Source: an uncultured virus (IMG/VR IMGVR_UViG_3300028646_000003)
Taxonomy: Duplodnaviria; Heunggongvirae; Uroviricota; Caudoviricetes
Direction: 5' to 3' (one strand)
Length of the DNA stretch: 64,000 bases
Virus record (IMG/VR): IMGVR_UViG_3300028646_000003
Coordinates: 62,001 to 126,000 of that record
A program made the translations under genes and the position numbers. Positions 30,201-39,714 of the stretch are shown one piece after another (position 1 is the first letter of the stretch; each line of letters begins with the position of its first letter). Under the pieces are notes generated by a model, which saw only the letters and a list, made by a program, of their open reading frames with translations, did no database searches and was not told the origin of the DNA.

Positions 30201-33000
30201 TCAATGCAGACTGAACTGCTAATATTTTTTGTTTATAATCTTCATATTCTTTGGTTGTATCTTTTAATTGACTATCTGTACTAACAGAACTCTTATGAGG
30301 TCCGTTAGCTCCTATTGAAATTACTTCTTGACTTGTTACTCCATTATTATAATCCTCAGTCAATCTTTTCATTTCTTCCTGTGCTTTTTTATACGCTTCA
30401 ACCATCTTTGCTACATCGTCAGTATTGCCAACTTTGTTATTGCTCAATGTTTCAATTGCTTTTGCCTGTGCTAATTCTTTATCTTTGTCAATTAACTTTT
30501 GTGTCGCATCTGCATTTAATTTCTTTTTACCTGTATTTTCATCTATTGCCGAAGAAGCTTGAGGATATAAACTTATTAACGATTGTTGTGCAGTTGCTAA
30601 TTCTTCTTCTTTAGTTTTATATTCTTGTGTACCTTGTTTTAATGTTGATAGCTCAGACTCTAATTTTTTATAATTATTTAATAATTCTTGTCCTTGGTTT
30701 GGATTACTAGTTTGTAGTGATTGTACGTATTCTGCATTAGATTGTTTTAAGTTATTTTGGGAAGTTGTTAAAGCGTCCATAACAACAATAACTCCTGTAA
30801 TAGCCATTGCAATTAATCCAAAAGGATTAGTAGATAGAGCTATATCTAATTCTGCTGTCGCAACAGTTAATGCACCTTCTGCTTTCACTACTGAAAATAA
30901 AGTTGATATATACGAACCTAAACTGGCAATTGCACTTGTAATAGCTTGCCCTTTAAATAATAAAAAAGCCGTAGTTGCAACTGCTATTACCGTTTTTAAA
31001 TTTCCAAATGTGCTAACCATTATTGTTAAAGAGTCTACAAACGATTTTAAACTAGATGAGTTCATTGATTCTTTATACATATTTGAAATAGATTCTTTCA
31101 ATTGGTCAATACTATATTGTACTCCTTGTTGATAGGTTTTAAATTCATTCATCGCACTATTTGAACTATTTTGTGCTAAACTATACGCTCTATTCAATTC
31201 ATCTACATTATTCAATACGGAACTAATTACATTTGCCTGTAATTTACCACCTAAAAGTTCACTTACATTTAATTTATCGTTTGTATTCATTGTTTTGAAT
31301 TTTTCTCCAACTTGTTGTAATATGTCAAAAGTTGGTAGTATTTGTCCAGTTGTGGTATCTCTCATAGTAACACCTAAAGCACTTAACTGTTTCTCAAATT
31401 TAGGTATTAATTCTCCATTCTCATCTTTAAATGATGCTATTCTAAGGGAGACAGATTTTAGGGCTTGACCCACAACATCTCCACCTAATTTTGTTTGTGA
31501 TTCAGCAGTTGATATTATAGCCAATGTTTGGTCTAAGGTATTTCCAGCAGTAGACATGCTACTTGCAGATTTTGAAAGGGCCTCGCCTAAATCTGTAGTG
31601 CTTGTAGCCATATTATTAGAAATATTATTATATTTATCAATTAATGTTATACTTTTACTTGCTTCTATCTGAAATGCTTTTAGTGGGGCAATCATATATT
31701 GTTGAGCCATTGCGACACTATCAATATCACCAACTTTTGTTAATAGCATAGTGTTTTTAGCTAATTCTGTAGCATTTTTTAAAGATTCTCCTGTTTTTGC
31801 CCAAGAAGTAGTTGCATCAACAACTTTATCAGCCTGAGAACCATATTCCATAGCAATATCATGTGCTTGATTTAAAAAACTTGAATATGTTTGATTTGTT
31901 TCTTGAGTTACTTTTTTTAAATTTGTCATTGCACTATCTAATTGAACTACATAAGTGATAGCGTCTCTAAAAGAATTAGATAACATTTGAACTGCTTGAT
32001 AAGTTCCAAGGTAAAGTCCAGTATTGCTTAATGCACGTTTAATTGATTGTCCAAACGTTTCACTATCTGTAGTCGCTAATTTTAATGCATTACTACTATT
32101 TTTTACCGAATTAGATAGATTTCTGCTCGCTTCAGTTCCTTGATTTAATTCAGAGGCTAACTTACTTCCACTAATAGTGCCTCCATTTTGCAAACTAGCC
32201 ATTAATGTTTTTAACTTTTCTATTTCAGATATATAAGCATCTAGTGAAGATTTTGAACTACTATCACCTACTAAACTTCCATACTTGCTTTTCATAGAAG
32301 TAAGGCTAGATTCCATTTTACTTATTGTATTTTGCAAACGAACTATTTGGCTATCTGAACTGCCTAAGTTGTTAATAGTAGTTTGTAATTCTTTAAATTC
32401 TTTGTCGGCAGAATTTGTATTTATTGAATTTAATCGATTTTGTAATTCAGTAATTACTGATTCATTTATAAATTTATTATTACTAGACTTACTTAATTTG
32501 CTTTGTAAATTATCAATTATATTTTCTAATTTTTGAAAATTTTCTGTATTACTAGCAGTTTTTAAACCAGTTGCTAAATCAGTAGTTAATTTAGTTGTAT
32601 TACCAATACCAATTTGCAATTGTTCGACAGTTTTTAATGTTTCTGTTATATTACCATTAGAATCAGAATTGCCCATTTTAGTACTAGATAAAGTTTTCAT
32701 AGCATTTTCAGTTTGTTCAATTGCTTTTTGTTCTTCTTTTAATTTATTTGTTACTACTTCTACACCAATTGCTTGATTATTAAAAACCCCTTGAAAATTA
32801 AATCCATTCTTTAATTTATTATTAATATTATCTAATGTATTACTAAATTCCTTTAATGATTTATTGACCTGTGTTGTATCTATTTTTAAATCTATACTTG
32901 AATTTTTATTTAATTGTTCTATTGCAGTTTTTAATTCAGTTTGTATCTCACTAGTGGGTTGTAATTTTATCCCTAAACTAATTGAATTTTGATATGCCAT
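27265..33000 (-). CDS. Tail tape measure protein
   Basis: 1911 aa helical protein with TP901-type core (LDSAMTNLKKVT...GQALKSVSLRI) and C-terminal YDTGG...ILHASEKIL. Confidence 0.93.
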   Translation of the reverse strand: MAYQNSISLGIKLQPTSEIQTELKTAIEQLNKNSSIDLKIDTTQVNKSLKEFSNTLDNINNKLKNGFNFQGVFNNQAIGVEVVTNKLKEEQKAIEQTENAMKTLSSTKMGNSDSNGNITETLKTVEQLQIGIGNTTKLTTDLATGLKTASNTENFQKLENIIDNLQSKLSKSSNNKFINESVITELQNRLNSINTNSADKEFKELQTTINNLGSSDSQIVRLQNTISKMESSLTSMKSKYGSLVGDSSSKSSLDAYISEIEKLKTLMASLQNGGTISGSKLASELNQGTEASRNLSNSVKNSSNALKLATTDSETFGQSIKRALSNTGLYLGTYQAVQMLSNSFRDAITYVVQLDSAMTNLKKVTQETNQTYSSFLNQAHDIAMEYGSQADKVVDATTSWAKTGESLKNATELAKNTMLLTKVGDIDSVAMAQQYMIAPLKAFQIEASKSITLIDKYNNISNNMATSTTDLGEALSKSASSMSTAGNTLDQTLAIISTAESQTKLGGDVVGQALKSVSLRIASFKDENGELIPKFEKQLSALGVTMRDTTTGQILPTFDILQQVGEKFKTMNTNDKLNVSELLGGKLQANVISSVLNNVDELNRAYSLAQNSSNSAMNEFKTYQQGVQYSIDQLKESISNMYKESMNSSSLKSFVDSLTIMVSTFGNLKTVIAVATTAFLLFKGQAITSAIASLGSYISTLFSVVKAEGALTVATAELDIALSTNPFGLIAMAITGVIVVMDALTTSQNNLKQSNAEYVQSLQTSNPNQGQELLNNYKKLESELSTLKQGTQEYKTKEEELATAQQSLISLYPQASSAIDENTGKKKLNADATQKLIDKDKELAQAKAIETLSNNKVGNTDDVAKMVEAYKKAQEEMKRLTEDYNNGVTSQEVISIGANGPHKSSVSTDSQLKDTTKEYEDYKQKILAVQSALSSLDSKNTKFAGSLDEVNNAMGNSSEKTDDNTKVINDNTQAKNDNTNADNGANTQANAITKATKAYSESTQAIAQAQSYLDKLNKSQAVTPALVKQMSKAYGTDVTESLNSASTAQEYLTGKIKEQQTAQQDAYLIMKQDDEQFYQDKIKNNEGYENQINSFLNSFVSDSNGAYNVDLSNYTTLNGLKSGAMGELSIAVDSWMSKYVDVTASGYNVDYNNFTNLISAKSEILKQFAGSMAQFWDDTSQAFTEGAYGGIDLSGGANNEQYEDFTKKASGILATGDKIRSAYKDLDKIYAGGGLNLDKFGGGMGNSDFSGTGSPNKGSSGKSDAEKEAEKAQKLAEEISKLKSEIEPDRYLDFNNAVKQADNELSLNKTLLDSLKEGSPEYQQAELKNIEIYKQKQTALKSLNDEQKKDAEEKKTKLANLGFEFDANGKLINSQQKLLSLQEQVNSMGGNTEADKQAKEDAIKNLKDINDETKKYIELVGDKIPKTTAEWQEQANEISKVNEQIKKANIDILNNAKEELAQDILKDAQEKVDELKKQADESREDAKQSLEDEKTSKLALWDEKIKSKQAELDAMNDETSDNETKLKKLKVELANLQRDNSTEAQGRIQDVNTQITDLQKTIKKDALSKEIDSLNNQKQIQSDNYDQQLSDLEKANKEQEAEDEKHYSELLNEKNAYNKAEKMINKNQQSDMYDLYSKYSEDYKKMGVDLSTSVDASLKKITEAISNLNNVKIRNNNSSDGGNGDGESSSNHYENTTSSGTHYTDIGSGIISDHPLTNDEINTINKGSSGSSSSSKPSTTVTNSNGSTTTTHSDGTKSYSNGDYTDSNGYYHTAGYDTGGRTPSNIDSNGKIGILHASEKILNAKDTVQFDSSMLKIDEIYNSLKESGALLGQLSQSYSNIGNLAMPTLGIDLNKIANSVVNNSNADNSSSSNININNNYQVDATSDFNTKNFSNNLDKQLKQTLRKYGKI

Positions 33001-33063
33001 TTATAATCTTATCTCCTTTCATTTACACAAAAATAAAAGAAGTACCGATTATTTGGCACTTCT

Positions 33064-33600
33064 TTACTTGGTTTTTATATTTAATTTTTTGGTCAATTCC
33101 CGTATCGCATTTGGGTCATTTGCTATTTTCATAAAATCTTCAAATTGCATATTAATTTTATATTTCTTAAAGAATTTATTCATTTTTACTTTCATTCTCT
33201 CTAAATTATCGTTACTATTTGTTATATTTAATAAGTTATCCATTAATTTAATTTGTTGTGTATAATCATAGAATATATCATCTACTATTTCAGTAATGAA
33301 TGTTTCAATTTCTCTATATAATAAAACTAGTGTTCTATCACCATTATCTAATTTTTCTTGAACTTCATTGTCACCGTATTCATCTATGGAGTGTCCAATT
33401 GAAGTAATTTCCCTTATTATAAACCTTACACTTTTAAATTGTAATTCTCCACTTATGTTCATCTCTTTATCTATTTGTATACTATCTTTTACCAATTGTT
33501 TGATTTCCTCGTATTGTTCGTCACTTGGATGATACAAAATGAGGTCTTTATTTTTATATCTATACGCATTTTTTTGATGTTTTTCTAATAAATTTCCCAT
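33064..33600 (-). CDS. Putative tail assembly chaperone
   Basis: 178 aa, directly upstream of TMP. Confidence 0.55.
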   Translation of the reverse strand: MGNLLEKHQKNAYRYKNKDLILYHPSDEQYEEIKQLVKDSIQIDKEMNISGELQFKSVRFIIREITSIGHSIDEYGDNEVQEKLDNGDRTLVLLYREIETFITEIVDDIFYDYTQQIKLMDNLLNITNSNDNLERMKVKMNKFFKKYKINMQFEDFMKIANDPNAIRELTKKLNIKTK

Positions 33601-33660
33601 ATTTTATTTCTCTCCTTCATTTCTGCATAATAAAAAGACTTAGAATATTTTATCTAAGTC

Positions 33661-34284
33661 TTATTTAAAGTCTAATATTTCTGATTGCACTGTATCATAT
33701 TTAATATCTTTAGATACCATTTTAGTTAATTTTTGTGTTGCATTTGGTTTTATAATAGAGTCATCATTCGTCCAATCTGATTGAATTATATTACCATTTT
33801 TATCTTTGAAATCTAAGCCTATTTTTACATAACTTATATTTTCTTTGCCATTATTTTGTACAGTTATTTCAATATTTTGATAGCCACTAGAATATTTAGG
33901 ATTAACTATTTCTGTTTTAATTATTTTTAATGAATCAATATGATCTTTTAAAGCCTTATATTGATTCATAGCTTCTTCTAAACTTCCAGTATTAGATTGT
34001 TCACATAGGTCAATTGTTGATACGAAAAGTTTATTTATTGCTGACGATTGTGCATCAGTTCCTTTGAAGTATATATTTGTCATATCCCTAGCTTTATTAT
34101 AATTTTTAGTTGACAATGTTAAATTTATTCTATTAGTCTTTTGTTTCTCTGACATTCCTATTCCATAATTAAAATATCCTATATAACTTGCAACTAATAT
34201 TAATGCAATTACAATCAAACTTATAATACTCGATTTTTTATGTTCTTTTATAAAACCTTTTAATTTTAATAATTTTCCCTTCAT
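33661..34284 (-). CDS. Membrane-anchored FxLYD-like domain protein (moron)
   Basis: N-terminal TM helix; ITVQNNGKENISYVKIGLDFKDKNGNII; own promoter-like sequence and terminator. Confidence 0.7.
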   Translation of the reverse strand: MKGKLLKLKGFIKEHKKSSIISLIVIALILVASYIGYFNYGIGMSEKQKTNRINLTLSTKNYNKARDMTNIYFKGTDAQSSAINKLFVSTIDLCEQSNTGSLEEAMNQYKALKDHIDSLKIIKTEIVNPKYSSGYQNIEITVQNNGKENISYVKIGLDFKDKNGNIIQSDWTNDDSIIKPNATQKLTKMVSKDIKYDTVQSEILDFK

Positions 34285-34340
34285 AGAATAATCACCTCAT
34301 AGTATAATATACCATATATTAGGTAAAAATTCCAATTATT

Positions 34341-35960
34341 TTATATTGCTTGATTTAATTTTGCATTTTCTTGAATTTCTTTTATTTGTTCTTCGGTAAG
34401 GTCTTTTAAGTATCTAAATTGATATCCTTGATGATGTTGCTGTTTCCCTTGACATACTTTAGTTATAGCACTATTAAACATTTTTATTCCAAATATTTTA
34501 AAACTATTTAATTCACATTCAGAAATGGAATTAAATATAATACCATTTTCTATACAAATTATTTTAGTACTTAACTTTTGTTTATTTCTTTCTATAGTAT
34601 TATTATTATTAATATTTTTTGAAATTTCCACAGTATAATCTGTTATTTTCAGTTCAAATCCTATTTTTAAATACGTGCAAATTGTTGTTCTGCTCATCTT
34701 CATAATTTTGGAAATTTCAGTTGTACTATGAATACCGATATTCCATAAATCACAAGCTTCTTTGATTCTACTTGACGAAACAAATTTCAAAACCTTACTC
34801 CAATCAATATTGGCTAATAAAAACAAATTATTTATATTAACATTAGATAATATATTATTTTTTATATAATCAAATCCATAGTACATACGATGGTCACAGT
34901 CAACTCTAATTACTTCAATTCCATGTTCAATAGCTAATCTATCTTTTTCATCATCAATAAATTGTGATTCTTTAGCAGTCATATTATTCTTAAAATTCCC
35001 CTTACCATGACCTAGACCCCCATCCATTTCTATAATGTATTTTTTGCCATCTTGCTCAAAATAGAAATCATAATAACCTTGTCTTCGTTTATTTTTATAT
35101 AAAAATTTACACCATTCTACTTTCTTTTCTGCTTCAAATTGAACATTTAGTTGTTCTAACACATTAAACATTATTTTATTTGGCACTGAAATACCATCCC
35201 CACATTTATTACATGAAAATCCGTTCCTTACAAAATTATCAATAGTCATTTCTTTTCTATAATAACAGTCCAAACACTTAAACCACACTTTTTTATGGCT
35301 ACCAATTGTGTATTTCCAAGTATCTTCTTCGTTTACAAAGTATTTAACTAGTTCTAGGTTCGTTTTCCATATAGAATTTATCTCTTTTACGACTTTTTGA
35401 GAATTTGGACAACAAATTTCACAACCTACTCCACGTAGAATATCTCTTTGAGAAATTTCATCTATATCTCCACATGACAAACATTTATATTTATATCCTT
35501 TAACTTTATAACTATAGTTTGATTTAATAATTAATTGTTCTAATATCAATAAATTTGAATGCTTTCCTTTGACAATATCACCTCTATTATATAAATATTC
35601 TTTATTCCTTATATTGAATAGTTTGCCTATTTGACAATTATTAATGCTCCCTGCATTTAAACTTAAGTTTTCACCATAATATTCAATTGTTATTTTTAAT
35701 TGTTTATCATATGAATAATCTATTAATCTTATATAATCCTCATGAACACCATATATAAAAAATATATAATAATTTTTATTCACTGATTCAATCCAATTTA
35801 TACTACCTTCTTTTGCTTTTCCACCTTTTCCCCATCTAGGCAAACATTCCAAAAATATCTTTTTACATTTACCACTCTCATAATCTTCTCTATTATTTTC
35901 CTTAAATTTTTCAATAATCTCCATATATTCTTCTTGATTTAATTGTCTATTTCCTTCCAT
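34341..35960 (-). CDS. Zn-ribbon PD-(D/E)xK putative homing endonuclease, paralog 2
   Basis: KVWFKCLDC, YYDFYF...IIEMDGGLGH, ITKVCQGK..HH.GYQFRY. Confidence 0.7.
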   Translation of the reverse strand: MEGNRQLNQEEYMEIIEKFKENNREDYESGKCKKIFLECLPRWGKGGKAKEGSINWIESVNKNYYIFFIYGVHEDYIRLIDYSYDKQLKITIEYYGENLSLNAGSINNCQIGKLFNIRNKEYLYNRGDIVKGKHSNLLILEQLIIKSNYSYKVKGYKYKCLSCGDIDEISQRDILRGVGCEICCPNSQKVVKEINSIWKTNLELVKYFVNEEDTWKYTIGSHKKVWFKCLDCYYRKEMTIDNFVRNGFSCNKCGDGISVPNKIMFNVLEQLNVQFEAEKKVEWCKFLYKNKRRQGYYDFYFEQDGKKYIIEMDGGLGHGKGNFKNNMTAKESQFIDDEKDRLAIEHGIEVIRVDCDHRMYYGFDYIKNNILSNVNINNLFLLANIDWSKVLKFVSSSRIKEACDLWNIGIHSTTEISKIMKMSRTTICTYLKIGFELKITDYTVEISKNINNNNTIERNKQKLSTKIICIENGIIFNSISECELNSFKIFGIKMFNSAITKVCQGKQQHHQGYQFRYLKDLTEEQIKEIQENAKLNQAI

Positions 35961-36120
35961 TCTTAAATTCCTCCAATATAATTTATTTCTCCAATATTAA
36001 ATAAAAAAGGAAGAAAGGTTAATTGGAGCTAACCCATTCAATATAACAAATCGTCGACTACTTATTATATTTATTTCTTCCTACTATATATTATAACACT
36101 CTTACGAGCAAATTATAATC
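35961..36120 (-). promoter_or_regulatory. Promoter plus structured 5' leader (copy C)
   Basis: TGTTATAAT -10; junction 36008-36082; loop CTCCAAT pairs with ATTGGAG at 35989-35995 and 35971-35977 (RBS). Confidence 0.7.
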
Positions 36121-36366
36121 AATTTTATTTTCAATTTCATATCCATTTTTATACATTTATGGTATAATATAATCACTGTATTGTATAGAGAAAGTTAAAA
36201 TATAAATAAAGGGATTTACATTTTATTAAAACTATAAATTTTGAACTATATAATATTAGTCTTGTGTCCCCTAATAATGTTCTACCTAATTCTTTTAAGT
36301 ATTTTACCATATAAATTATTAATAAGTGTTTTTATGGCAAAATACTTAAAAGGAGGTGTTTTTTAA

Positions 36367-36504
36367 ATGAATATGGGGTACATAATTGAAAGTCTTATAA
36401 AGGTAATTTTATTCGCTATAACCATCAAACTAATTATTTATGCTAATGAGAACGGTATAAGTAAAGACATAATAATAGCTCTCATTTTAGGTTTTCTGAA
36501 GTAG
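36367..36504 (+). CDS. 45 aa hydrophobic peptide, probable type I toxin
   Basis: MNMGYIIESLIKVILFAITIKLIIYANENGISKDIIIALILGFLK; AGGAGG RBS at the 3' end of a long hairpin (36290-36354); terminator 36547-36571; convergent promoter downstream. Confidence 0.65.
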   Translation: MNMGYIIESLIKVILFAITIKLIIYANENGISKDIIIALILGFLK

Positions 36505-36634
36505 AACACGGAAACCTAACGCAAGAGCATAAGACTTAGAATCTATGGGCGAACTGCAATTCGTCCTTTTTCTATTATTATATCCAGTATACCATAGTTT
36601 ATACTTCTTGCAATATTTAATTTTAATTGTTTAT

Positions 36635-37324
36635 TTAGCATCTTTGCCAAATTTGTTCTATATAATTATTATCTTTTCTATATCCAACGATAATACAATC
36701 CCAATTCATGCTATAATGTTCATTATCTTCTGAAACTGTTCTTATATTAGTTATATCCTTGCATCTATTGTAAAGATCCTTTGTATGCCTAAAATTATCA
36801 TCTCTAAATTCAACTTGTTCTAATGAGTCCTTTACAATTAAATCCCCATACTGACAAGTATCAAGATATTGTCTAGCAAAAATTTCTACACCACTCATAT
36901 CTTTATAGCCTGTTAATTTTATTTTAGTTTTATCATTATGTATGACCTTCAATTCGTCACCTTGTCTTGTTATATACAATATATCATCTAATAACTCGTA
37001 TAAATAATATTCTAAATCATCATCTATTAGAATTGGACTTTTACCATCTATTAAAATCACCTTATATTCATTAGAAATTAGTTTTTCAATAAAATTAATT
37101 ATTTGTTGTTTGATAATAATTTTTATATAACACTTCTTACCTTGTTTATTTAGATCAATATATTTCTCCCAATTAGTTGCATTACAATTTAAATAATCTT
37201 CATAATTATTTATATCACTATAATTTTTAATCCCATGTCTTTCACAAAAACGACCATATTGAATAAATAACTCCTTTGTACAATTCATTTCCATTACATT
37301 TTCAGTTGTTAATACTTGTCCCAT
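36635..37324 (-). CDS. Hypothetical protein
   Basis: 229 aa, GGGAG RBS, promoter TTGCAA-17-TATAAT at 37483-37455. Confidence 0.7.
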   Translation of the reverse strand: MGQVLTTENVMEMNCTKELFIQYGRFCERHGIKNYSDINNYEDYLNCNATNWEKYIDLNKQGKKCYIKIIIKQQIINFIEKLISNEYKVILIDGKSPILIDDDLEYYLYELLDDILYITRQGDELKVIHNDKTKIKLTGYKDMSGVEIFARQYLDTCQYGDLIVKDSLEQVEFRDDNFRHTKDLYNRCKDITNIRTVSEDNEHYSMNWDCIIVGYRKDNNYIEQIWQRC

Positions 37325-37584
37325 TTAACACATCTCCCTTGATTTTTCAGGAATAACTATGCTACAATAATACTTGCGAGGTATTTTGGTGGTAGCTTAT
37401 TTAGTTATCGCCTTATTTTTATTTGGTAATGTTTGTTTTGTTTACCATATGTTCATTATAATACCACTTTAGAAACATTGCAATACCTTTTTAAAAACTT
37501 TTATGTTTTTTATTTAAACTTCTAAATATCATTATTGAAACATTTCTTGATATAGTATATAATTAATTAAGAGGTGAATGTAAT

Positions 37585-38346
37585 ATGAAATCAAGATTAA
37601 ACACATATATGACCTTTTATAATATTACTCAAAAAGAATTATCAGAGGGAACAGGAATTAATAGGAATACAATAGGGAGATATTGCAACGACACTTTTGA
37701 AAGTCTTCCAAAAAATCATATTGATGCTCTGTGCAGTTTCTTTAGAGTTTCTTTTGAATCTTTATTTGAAACTAACTATAATTTCCCAATAAAATATCCA
37801 TCTAGTGTAATTGAACAATCAATAAAAAATATACCTGTTCCACAAAATTTAGTAGTTACAAAAGGTGTAGACTTAAATACAATGCAAGAAAGAATTATAA
37901 CATACCTTGAACCAAATAAGTTCGAAGACCCTATGGAGGGAATGAGTCCTGATGAAATCGAAGAAGTTAGAAAAATTTCATCAGAGTATCACAAAAGATT
38001 CGATTCTGAATTAGAACTTGATAAACTAATTTCAAACTTTATTGATAATTTATTAGACGGACTTTTTACAAATTTGAATTTTGAACCATCTGTAATACAA
38101 ATTTTTGAAAAATACAAAGGATATGATTATTTTACAACTAATTTAAAAGTTGAAAAATTTTATGACGCCTTTCATCGTTTTCTAAAACACTATTCAGACA
38201 AAGATAATGCACGATTTATAAAATTTTTAGATGATATACAACACATTTATGAAAATGGTGGACTTGGCAAACTAACAGATAATGAATTAGAAAAATTAAA
38301 AGACACTGCTGAATTCCTTAATAGTGAAGATAAACAAAAAGACTAG
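37585..38346 (+). CDS. Cro/C1-type HTH transcriptional regulator
   Basis: ITQKELSEGTGINRNTIGRYCN...LCSFFRVSFESLF; divergent orientation; terminator 38336-38363. Confidence 0.85.
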   Translation: MKSRLNTYMTFYNITQKELSEGTGINRNTIGRYCNDTFESLPKNHIDALCSFFRVSFESLFETNYNFPIKYPSSVIEQSIKNIPVPQNLVVTKGVDLNTMQERIITYLEPNKFEDPMEGMSPDEIEEVRKISSEYHKRFDSELELDKLISNFIDNLLDGLFTNLNFEPSVIQIFEKYKGYDYFTTNLKVEKFYDAFHRFLKHYSDKDNARFIKFLDDIQHIYENGGLGKLTDNELEKLKDTAEFLNSEDKQKD

Positions 38347-38450
38347 AAGTTAATTCTAGTCTTACATATTTTGTTGAAATTATTTATAATTTTCACCTTT
38401 ATATTTTAAAAAAGGTAAAGTTTACGGAGTTAGAAAATAAATTTATCTGA

Positions 38451-38666
38451 CACCGTTAGGTGGAAGAAAGCGTAGCGTTAGCTACAAGACTTATATATTC
38501 ACTAAATGATGTTTAATATCTATACGCCCTGCCTTAAGGCGTCCCTAAAGGGACTCAATTTTGTCTTGTTCGTACCTCACAATCCAAGTATGATTTTTCT
38601 TAATTTATTTTATATATGCACATTATAGACCTTACTAGTTATATTAATACGAGGCATAATGTGCAT
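38451..38666. other. Cluster of GC-rich mini-hairpins and an inverted repeat (origin/primase-site-like)
   Basis: CACC-GTTA-GGTG, GTAGC-GTTA-GCTAC, GCCTTAAGGC, GTCCC-TAAA-GGGAC, and 11-bp IR ATGCACATTAT (38616/38656). Confidence 0.5.
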
Positions 38667-38669
38667 GTA

Positions 38670-39410
38670 TTAATTTTCTTTAACACTTTCAAGCCAATCA
38701 ATATAATATTCATTAAACTTCTTAGATTCATATGTATCAGTAATTAATTTATAAATATCTTTAAATAGTTGATTTTCCTTTTGCAATTGAAACTTACTAA
38801 CTCTATATACGAATTTATCTTCAATAGTTTGAGCATATGCAGTAACACTATCCATTAGCATTTGCATAGTATCATAATCAATTTCATCTTTTTTATATTT
38901 TTGTGCTATTTCCTGTTTCTTATTTGCGAATCTACTACATTTAATATAAGAAGAATATTCTTCTTTGCATGTTATTCTGTATGTAGGTTTCTTATCATTA
39001 TCAAATTCCATAGCAATATAAAAATAACCATCTTTTGATAATATATTATTCATTAACATTTTTTCATCCCACCTAGTTATTGTTTTTCTATTAACTTTAC
39101 ACCATTTAGATAACATTTCTTTTGTAATTGGTTTATTAATATTAAATAATCTATACATAAAATAGTCACCAAAAGAGTAATCATTTTTAGTTCCAAACAT
39201 AATTTTTGAGATATCATTTAATAATTTCTTACTATCATTTATCTTCTCTATTTCATATGTATTACTTCTGCCTTCTTTTGTTTTATTAATCAATTTATAT
39301 CCTTTTTCATCTAGTCTTGATTCTAATGTATTTCTTTGTTCTATAACGGTTAATGCTCGATCTTTAACACCTAAAATGTCCATTAATTGCTTTTTATTTA
39401 TTTTCTCCAT
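38670..39410 (-). CDS. Rep-like/HTH DNA-binding protein
   Basis: ITKEMLSKWCKVNRKTITRW HTH; start moved to ATG 39410, which has an AGGAGA RBS. Confidence 0.55.
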   Translation of the reverse strand: MEKINKKQLMDILGVKDRALTVIEQRNTLESRLDEKGYKLINKTKEGRSNTYEIEKINDSKKLLNDISKIMFGTKNDYSFGDYFMYRLFNINKPITKEMLSKWCKVNRKTITRWDEKMLMNNILSKDGYFYIAMEFDNDKKPTYRITCKEEYSSYIKCSRFANKKQEIAQKYKKDEIDYDTMQMLMDSVTAYAQTIEDKFVYRVSKFQLQKENQLFKDIYKLITDTYESKKFNEYYIDWLESVKEN

Positions 39411-39500
39411 ATTTATCGCTTCTCCTATCAATCAATTATTTTTGCACAACAAAAAGAGATAGCTATAAAACTATCTCTAACTTGTCTTAATCATTTTAAT

Positions 39501-39677
39501 TTAGTTATAAAATTCACTTAATGCTTTAAACAATTCCTTTGACTTTGTATACTTATAAATTCTTACACCAAAATCATTAGTTTTAACAAAAGCCCATCTA
39601 AATCCCTTTTCAGTTAAAAAGTCAACTTCTTTTAAATATTGTGTTGGATATTCTTTATCCCATTTTTGATTATTCAT
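39501..39677 (-). CDS. Small phage protein (58 aa, DUF5659-like inferred; absent from the ORF track)
   Basis: MNNQKWDKEYPTQYLKEVDFLTEKGFRWAFVKTNDFGVRIYKYTKSKELFKALSEFYN with AGGAG RBS. Confidence 0.7.
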   Translation of the reverse strand: MNNQKWDKEYPTQYLKEVDFLTEKGFRWAFVKTNDFGVRIYKYTKSKELFKALSEFYN

Positions 39678-39714
39678 TATTTATCACTACTCCTATTTAT
39701 ATATTAATTTATTT

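Noticed and set aside
33001..33100. Tail chaperone G/GT programmed frameshift
   Set aside because: No extended alternative frame; a terminator-like hairpin and the TMP RBS follow immediately
36545..36733. 62 aa plus-strand ORF from the track
   Set aside because: No RBS; overlaps a terminator, a convergent promoter and the end of the 229 aa gene
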